A stretch of DNA of 64,000 nt from Octopus sinensis (Eukaryota), in assembly GCF_006345805.1 (NCBI RefSeq), contig NW_021834788.1:7739-71738 (forward strand). The letters run 5' to 3'. Positions within the stretch are counted from its first letter, which is position 1, and each line of letters starts with the position of its first letter. Shown here in pieces: positions 56,586-64,000 of this stretch. The notes beneath the pieces are model-generated. The model did no database searches and had not been told where the DNA came from. It worked only from the letters and a program-made list of their open reading frames with translations. The position numbers and the translations under genes were made by a program.

Positions 56586-56631
56586 CCACTACGATCGTTT
56601 CTTGTCACTTCTATGGACATTCATCAGGTGG
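56586..56631 (-). ncRNA. type I hammerhead ribozyme
   Basis: Reverse complement of the motif at 56931-56976. Confidence 0.72.
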
Positions 56632-56930
56632 TTTCAAGACCTAACGCGGAAGGACACACACTGTGAGACATATGCACACACACGTCGTCATTGAGGCAGA
56701 AGTAATTTCAAGTGGTCGCCGTTGCTCAGAGTATTCTTTGTATGGATATCTATTCACAAACGCTGCACAGCACAAGACAATCTTGTCTGTGAGTTCCAAG
56801 ATTGTCTTGTACTGTGCAGCGTTTGTGAATAGATATCCAACGGCGACCACTTGAAATTACTTCTGCCTCAATGACGACGTGTGTGTGCATATGTCTCACA
56901 GTGTGTGTCCTTCCGCGTTAGGTCTTGAAA

Positions 56931-56976
56931 CCACCTGATGAATGTCCATAGAAGTGACAAGAAACGATCGTAGTGG
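56931..56976 (+). ncRNA. type I hammerhead ribozyme
   Basis: CCAC-CTGATGA-A TGTC CATAGAAGT GACA A-GAAA-CGATCG-TA-GTGG; palindromic stem III ACGATCGT, GUA site; the first stem II pair is an A.A mismatch. Confidence 0.75.
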
Positions 56977-57184
56977 ATATCTTAATTATATTTAATTTAT
57001 ATAAATTTTTTTATGTATTGGATTAAGTCTTTCTTTGTTTGATTTGCATAATAGTGGTTTTGTCTCTAATTAATATTATATTATATTTTACTATAAAATT
57101 GGATTCAATCCTAAATCTGATTTTTCCCTGTAAATTTGGGTTTATTCCCTAATATTTATTATTATTATATATATATAATATATA

Positions 57185-57210
<26 letters not shown>

Positions 57211-57222
<12 letters not shown>

Positions 57223-57886
57223 TTAGAGACAAAACCACTATTATGCAAATCAAACAAAGAAAGACTTAATCCAATACATAAAAAATTTTATATAAATTAA
57301 ATATAATTAAGATATCCACTACGATCGTTTCTTGTCACTTCTATGGACATTCATCAGGTGGTTTCAAGACCTAACGCGGAAGGACACACACTGTGAGACA
57401 TATGCACACACACGTCGTCATTGAGGCAGAAGTAATTTCAAGTGGTCGCCGTTGCTCAGAGTATTCTTTGTATGGATATCTATTCAAAACGCTGCACAGC
57501 ACAAGACAATCTTGTCTGTGAGTTCCAAGATTGTCTTGTACTGTGCAGCGTTTGTGAATAGATATCCAACGGCGACCACTTGAAATTACTTCTGCCTCAA
57601 TGACGACGTGTGTGTGCATATGTCTCACAGTGTGTGTCCTTCCGCGTTAGGTCTTGAAACACACCTGATGAATGTCCATAGAAGTGACAAGAAACGATCG
57701 TAGTGGATATCTTAATTATATTTAATTTATATAAATTTTTTTATGTATTGGATTAAGTCTTTCTTTGTTTGATTTGCATAATAGTGGTTTTGTCTCTAAT
57801 TAATATTATATTATATTTTACTATAAAATTGGATTCAATCCTAAATCTGATTTTTCCCTGTAAATTTGGGTTTATTCCCTAATATT
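57211..57886 (+). mobile_element. fold-back hammerhead element, family P2, copy 2 (period 730)
   Basis: Matches copy 1 except two single-base indels that I could see; HHRs at 57316-57361 (-) and 57662-57706 (+). Confidence 0.85.
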
Positions 57887-57976
57887 ATTATTATTATTAT
57901 ATATATATAATTATATATATATATAATATATAATATATACATACATGTATATATTTATATATATGTGTGTGTGTGT

Positions 57977-58285
57977 GAAAGCACATAGCTCAGTAGTAAG
58001 ATTGTGAGGTTGTGAGTTCGAATCCGGGACCGGGCTACGTGTTGTGTTCTTGAGCAAGACACTTTATTTCATGTTGCTCCAGTTCACTCAGCTGTAGAAA
58101 TGAGTTGTGGCATCAATGGTGCCAAGCTGTATCGGCCCCTTTGCCTTTCCCTTGGAAAACATCGGTGGCGTGGAGAGGGGAGGTCGGTATGCATGGGCAA
58201 CTGCTGGTCTTGCTCGGACTTGCGCCACGGAGGGTAACTTTCTCTGTGCAATCCCCATGGTTTTTCATGACCGAAGGGGGTCTCC
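57977..58285 (+). mobile_element. tRNA-derived SINE, family D
   Basis: Box A TAGCTCAGTAG, box B GAGTTCGAATCC, then TGTGTTCTTGAGCAAGACACTTTA central motif. Confidence 0.8.
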
Positions 58286-58903
58286 CATACATATGCACAC
58301 ACACACACACACACACACACATGTGCATCATATTGGCCGCAGCTCTGAGCTGAAACTAGAGAAAAAAAATTGTATATATATATATGCACACAAACTCACA
58401 CATACACACATATATATTTGCAAACCCATTTATTGTTTATTTTCCAAAAGTGGACAAAAGAGCGTACTCCGGTAGAGTTCAAGAGTTTCTTGACCAATTC
58501 AATCTTTCGCGCGATCTTAGAAATATCGCCTCGTTTATCGCATCTGGCGATAAGCTCTGAGTACCCACATAGTGAATCACCAGCTTCCTATAAATATTTA
58601 CATATATACATAAATATATACATATGCGTGTATAGATACTTGTATGTGTGTGCGTGAGTATGTGTGTATGTATGCGCGCATAGTGTGTGTATGTGTGTGT
58701 GTTTGTGTGCATGTGTATGTGTGTGTTTACATAATTTCCTTCCATTTCCAATTATGTGTTCCTCCCAGTTCCTCCCGTCACTTGACTCACCTAACTTAAA
58801 GACTTTAAAATATATAATCTCCTTATTTCATATTCACCGCTTGTTCTGCCGTATCTTCGCACCCTTTGTATCTCCTCCCTGTTCGCTTCACCTTCTCTCT
58901 CTA

Positions 58904-58950
<47 letters not shown>

Positions 58951-58959
58951 GCGTCTCTT

Positions 58960-58960
58960 A

Positions 58961-59022
<62 letters not shown>

Positions 59023-59260
59023 ATATGTATATATATATAGTATATATATATATATATATGTATGTATATATATATGTAGTATATATATATATATGTATGT
59101 ATATATATATATGTATATATATATATGTAGTATATATATATATGTATGTATATATATATATATGTATGTATATATGTATATACATATATCTATGTATATA
59201 TATATGTATGTATATATGTATGTATATATATATATATATGTATGAATATATAGATGTATG

Positions 59261-59294
<34 letters not shown>

Positions 59295-59375
59295 ATATAT
59301 ATATACACATATATAATATATGTATATATATATACACACACACATACACAACACACACACACACACCACACACAC

Positions 59376-59415
<40 letters not shown>
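58960..59415. repeat. (TA/TATG)n microsatellite complex
   Basis: Directly visible. Confidence 0.95.
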
Positions 59416-59417
<2 letters not shown>

Positions 59418-59563
59418 TGATGTGAGTGTATGTATTGTATATATATGTATATATTTGTGCGTGTTTTTTTTCGGTTCTCTCTTATTTCTTTCTCATTAAG
59501 CAGTCAATTAATTGAAGATGGTTCCGTATTCTCCACTTGATACAAGAGTGTAACTTCGTATAT

Positions 59564-59602
<39 letters not shown>

Positions 59603-60074
59603 TTCACATTTTCATTGGGGGGTGGGGGGAACAGCAGTGATACGCTGAAAGAATTTCCTTTCTGAAGCGAGATAAAAAGAAATCCAACTGACCGAGCCGC
59701 CGCACAAATGTGATAGCTATGGCGATTTCAATTTTAATGTTTTCTACAATATTAACAGAAACGTTGTTTATTTATTCATTTATATATATTTATTTATTTA
59801 TTTATTTATATTTTAATTTATTTACCAAGGTCACGTTCTTACACCCGACACGTTTGTTTGACCTCGGCCATTATGTCACTTAACATGCTCCTTCCTTGAT
59901 AGTTATTCGCCAATATCGTATGGGCTGAGTGATGGTGAGTCACCAGATAATGACGTCATCACTTTCCTTTTTGTGTGTGTTTGGGATATTAGTGCCTTGA
60001 AGTGTCTTTGCTAATGAGGTACCGCAAAAACCGTGATTCACAAGTTTTGAGTTGCTTTGCTTTCCTTCTTTTTC

Positions 60075-60105
60075 TTTATTATCATTATTATTATTATTAT
60101 TATCA

Positions 60106-60136
<31 letters not shown>

Positions 60137-60218
60137 ACATTATTATTATTATTATTATTATATTATTATTATTAATTATTATTATTACAATTATTATTAT
60201 TATATTATTATTATTACA

Positions 60219-60268
<50 letters not shown>

Positions 60269-60296
60269 CATCATTATTATTATTATATTATTATTA

Positions 60297-60327
<31 letters not shown>

Positions 60328-60349
60328 TATTATTATTTTATTATTATTA

Positions 60350-60399
<50 letters not shown>

Positions 60400-60447
60400 A
60401 ATTATTATTATTATTATTATTATTATTACAATTATTATTATTATTAC

Positions 60448-60526
<79 letters not shown>

Positions 60527-60527
60527 T
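60075..60527. repeat. (TTA)n repeat
   Basis: Directly visible. Confidence 0.95.
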
Positions 60528-61179
60528 TGCCCTTTAACCGCAGCTTTCAAATCCAGCTAATTCGACGCAGTCAAGTGGCTTTTGTACCAGTGAAAGCAAA
60601 AAACAATTGATATAATAGTCGTAATATTACCAAACTCGCGATGTTGCTGCTCCATCGTTTTTGCAGTCCAATGTCAGGAAGCGGAAAGATTTGGTTTTAG
60701 ACGTGAAACCAATGTGCATATGTAAATACGAACGTCAGTCTGTCTGTCTGTCTGTATGTATGTATACGAAAACGGTTATAAATATGATAACCAGGCTAAA
60801 TACACATACTTGTCGCCAGTGAGATTCTTATGTAAACTGCCTTAAATTTAATTACTTTTTTTTGTAATAGGAAAAGCATAGTGGGGGCGAGGATGACTGA
60901 CATATTTGAGAGACAGAGAACATTGAAGGAAGGAAGACGCAGAGGTTACGATTTATGCAAAATGTGGCTTTTTGTTTTTGGTAAGATGTAGACATTGGTA
61001 TATTAAATCAAGCACAGCGTTACGTATTCCTTCTTTCTTTATTCATGTCTTTCTCTTTTCCTTCCTGTCCCTACCAATGCATATATATATTAATATATGT
61101 ATATATTATATAAGTAAATAAATGGTACGACGAGGCACCGATTTAATATATGTATATATACATATATAATATATAATAT

Positions 61180-61226
<47 letters not shown>

Positions 61227-62044
61227 TAATTATATATATGTATGTATGCACGTATGTTGTATGTATGTATATGCATAACAGTTGATAAATGCTTGCATAC
61301 GCTTCATGTAGATAGTGACTCCATTGTGCACAGAGAATTTGGAATCTGAATCGACAACTTCATTAGAACCAGATAGGCTAGAGGTTAGCAAAGTGAGTTA
61401 GATTGATATTGAAGGAACATGGAATTAAGAAGTGAGAGAAACCATAACAGATATAGGAAATGCATCTATATGAAAAGTTGCGTATACATGATATTGCCAA
61501 ACGATAGTTTTACATCTGTTTCGAATGAACGATGACAGGTTGATAAAACAATGCATATTATGCAAGCGAGTGCAATAGTGAGGTAACACTGTAGGTATGA
61601 ATGCACATTATGAACTTTTGAAGAGAATTTCGTGGTTCTAATCCATACAGTTGCCAAATCTTTGCTAGTTGATGCGCTGCATTCTATACGTGGCATTTCA
61701 TATACATACGTTCCTTATGACTGTTATCGGTCCTCTGCCTTCCCAGATTTTCTCCCTCTCTATTTTTCTTCTCCTTCTCTCTCTTCCTATCTTTCTCACA
61801 CACTCACACCATATATATATATATATATATAATAATGATAAATATCAAAGTGAGTTATATACAGTAGCGGTAACACATCGTGACGTATTTTTGCCATTTC
61901 AATATGGCTAACCCCTAAGGGTGGATGCTACTATAGTTTTTAGCCCCAGGAGGACACACTCCTCTAGCTGGCCATAGACACACTTTCTGTGTCCTGTCAG
62001 TATTTGCAAAGGGAAGTCATCCTTCCCGTCTTCAACTTATTATA

Positions 62045-62089
62045 CACAGGGACTCGAGTTTCGAGGTATTGACCTCTCGTCAGCGTGTG
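62045..62089 (-). ncRNA. type I hammerhead ribozyme
   Basis: CACACG-CTGACGA-GAGGT CAAT ACCTC-GAAA-CTCGAG-TC-CCTGTG, with one stem I mismatch. Confidence 0.8.
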
Positions 62090-62312
62090 ACAATCATAGT
62101 TGTCGGCGAGAATTAGATTTCCTTCACAAATACTTATACTTTTTCCAGCGTCCACTGTCGCTGATATTGAAAAAGTGAAATCAAACAATGATAAATATCA
62201 AAGTGAGTTATATACAGTAGCGGTAACACATCGTGACGTATTTTTGCCATTTCAATATGGCTAACCCCTAAGGGTGGATGCTACTGTAGTTTTTAGCCCC
62301 AGCAAAGATTGT

Positions 62313-62357
62313 CACACGCTGACGAGAGGTCAATACCTCGAAACTCGAGTCCGTGTG
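62313..62357 (+). ncRNA. type I hammerhead ribozyme, canonical core
   Basis: CACACG-CTGACGA-GAGGT CAAT ACCTC-GAAA-CTCGAG-TC-CGTGTG; 6-bp stem I, 5-bp stem II, palindromic stem III ACTCGAGT, GUC site after 62351. Confidence 0.92.
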
Positions 62358-62570
62358 TATCATAAGTTGAAGACGGAAGGATGACTTCCCTTTGCAAATA
62401 CTGACAGACACACAGAAAGTGGTGTCTATGGCCAGCTGGAGGAGTGTGTCCTCCTGGGGCTAAAAACTACAGTAGCATCCACCCTTAGGGGTTAGCCATA
62501 TTGAAATGGCAAAAATACGTCACTATATATATATATATATATTATATATATATATATATATAATATATAT

Positions 62571-62710
62571 AAATATTATTAGAGACAAAACCACTATTTT
62601 GCAAAACAACAAGGAAGACTTAATCAATACATAAAATTTTAATAAATAGTCAAAAAAACCGCCACTACAATCGTTTCTTGTCTTGATCGACAATCTTCAG
62701 GTGGACTTAA
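62571..62710 (-). mobile_element. diverged P2-family arm in (TA)n
   Basis: TTAGAGACAAAACCACTATT...AAGACTTAATC..ATACATAAAA matches the P2 arm starting at 56481. Confidence 0.75.
62662..62704 (-). ncRNA. type I hammerhead ribozyme (P2 variant)
   Basis: Reverse complement CCAC-CTGAAGA-TTGTC GATCAA GACAA-GAAA-CGATTG-TA-GTGG. Confidence 0.8.
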
Positions 62711-63729
62711 GAATTTGTTTATGATTAATCAATATTTTTGTTACTTTTCATTTGTCTTGCTCGCTTACGTTTCTGGTGTTTGCTAAATGTTCTAGAGAAC
62801 AATTCTTAGTGGTTAAGACCATAGCGGATCTACCTCTAGCGTAAGGGTTTCCACATAGTGGTAAATTCCCTCTGATATGTATATATATATATATATATCT
62901 GTGTGTGTGTGTATAGATATGTATATATGTATGTATGTACGTATGTATGTATGTGTATGTATGTACGTATGTATAAGTGTATGCATGTATCTCTATATGT
63001 AAGCATACATATGCTTGCGCGATCGTCTGTCTATTATATGTAACTTTGTAACGTTCAACTGAATAGAAGCTTTACGCTTTGAATTTAGTTTGAGCTATAG
63101 CATTTTCATATATTTTCTTTGCACGACTCTTAAACCATGCATTTAAATGAATGTAAAAAAAAAACTCCACTAAATCATCTATTTTCCAGTCTAGCATTTT
63201 ATCAACATGGTCGTATCAACGCAGCAATCCTTTTATTATGATTGTAGTATGATTTCTTTGAAAGTAACCGACAGCAGCAAAATTCAAAAGACTAACAAGT
63301 CTTTGAAACTCAATCTATTAACTAAAACTAAATAAAAAATGCAGGTTCCTAAAATTAACTTAGATGCAGTAGAAAATTTTATAGTCATTGAAGTGGCAGC
63401 GTATAAAATATTTTAGGAAGCTGGAAAAAATAAACACAAAATTGATCAAACTTTCCTAGTTTCAGAACAAGAAGGATAATACTTGAAGAATATTGAGAAT
63501 GCTAGTGGAAGTTACATGTTTTTTTACAATTTATAAATAAATAAGTGATAAAGTTAAAATTAAATCTAAATGATGTTTGAATAACTCAACAAAAACTGAT
63601 CATTTTGATAACCGGATATTATAATATTTTGAAAAGATTTGTTTTATAAATTAGTTGTAATGTATTACATGTAACTATGATAGGATGCTTCACTCCACTA
63701 CTAAGAAAAGAAAAGTATATTTAAATAAA

Positions 63730-64000
63730 GGCGGGGAGCTGGCAGAAACGTTAGCACACCGGGCAAAATGCTCAGACGAAGTCTGCCGCTACATTTTGAG
63801 TTCAAATTCCGCCGATGTCGACTTTGCCTTTCATCCTTTCAGGGTCGATTAAATAAGTACCAGGTATGAACTGGGATCGATATAATCGACTTAATCCGTT
63901 TGTCTGTCCTTGTTTATCCCCTTGTGGGCAGTAAAGAAATAAGTATTTCGCCTGCCGCCACGTTTTGAGTTCAAATTACGCCGATGTCGACTTTGCCTCT
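63730..64000 (+). mobile_element. tRNA-derived SINE, family C (body duplicated, runs off the window)
   Basis: GGCGGGGAGCTGGCAGAAACG head; the body restarts at ~63942. Confidence 0.85.

Larger units (their letters stand above)
56481..57156 (+). mobile_element. fold-back hammerhead element, family P2, copy 1 (palindrome 56481-57081 plus tail)
   Basis: ~290-bp near-perfect arms with an 11-nt loop (56786-56796), a 20-nt bulge (56725-56744) in arm 1, a ~75-bp tail and (TA)n flanks. Confidence 0.85.
61834..62523 (-). mobile_element. retrozyme/Penelope pLTR-like element, family P5: 353-nt partial tandem plus inverted copy
   Basis: 61834-61949 matches 62187-62302 (direct, period 353); 62307-62523 is the reverse complement of 61880-62095; (TA)n on both sides; HHR on both strands. 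Confidence 0.88.

Noticed and set aside
56481-57886. Interpretation as MITEs or as a CRISPR-like array
   Set aside because: The one-sided tail and internal HHRs do not fit a TIR element, and there is no repeat-spacer periodicity in this eukaryotic context.

Overview
AT-rich, microsatellite-dense animal DNA, intronic or intergenic. The SINE repertoire suggests a coleoid cephalopod, most likely Octopus (inference). I found no convincing host protein-coding exon; nearly all long ORFs are translations of simple repeats. The window holds four families of tRNA-derived SINEs, decayed RTE and R4/Dong-like LINE ends, a Tc1 pseudogene, an internally deleted mariner, four Helitron derivatives (one with a RepHel fragment) and a Penelope GIY-YIG fragment. 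The most striking signal is a set of at least five sequence-unrelated, non-coding fold-back elements embedded in (TA)n tracts. Four of them carry minimal type I hammerhead ribozymes (HHRs) with mostly palindromic stem III, three of these on both strands, and all five have a one-sided unpaired tail. One shows a 353-nt partial tandem plus an inverted copy, and another is a 730-bp tandem dimer. Together they look like non-autonomous Penelope-mobilised, retrozyme-like RNAs.
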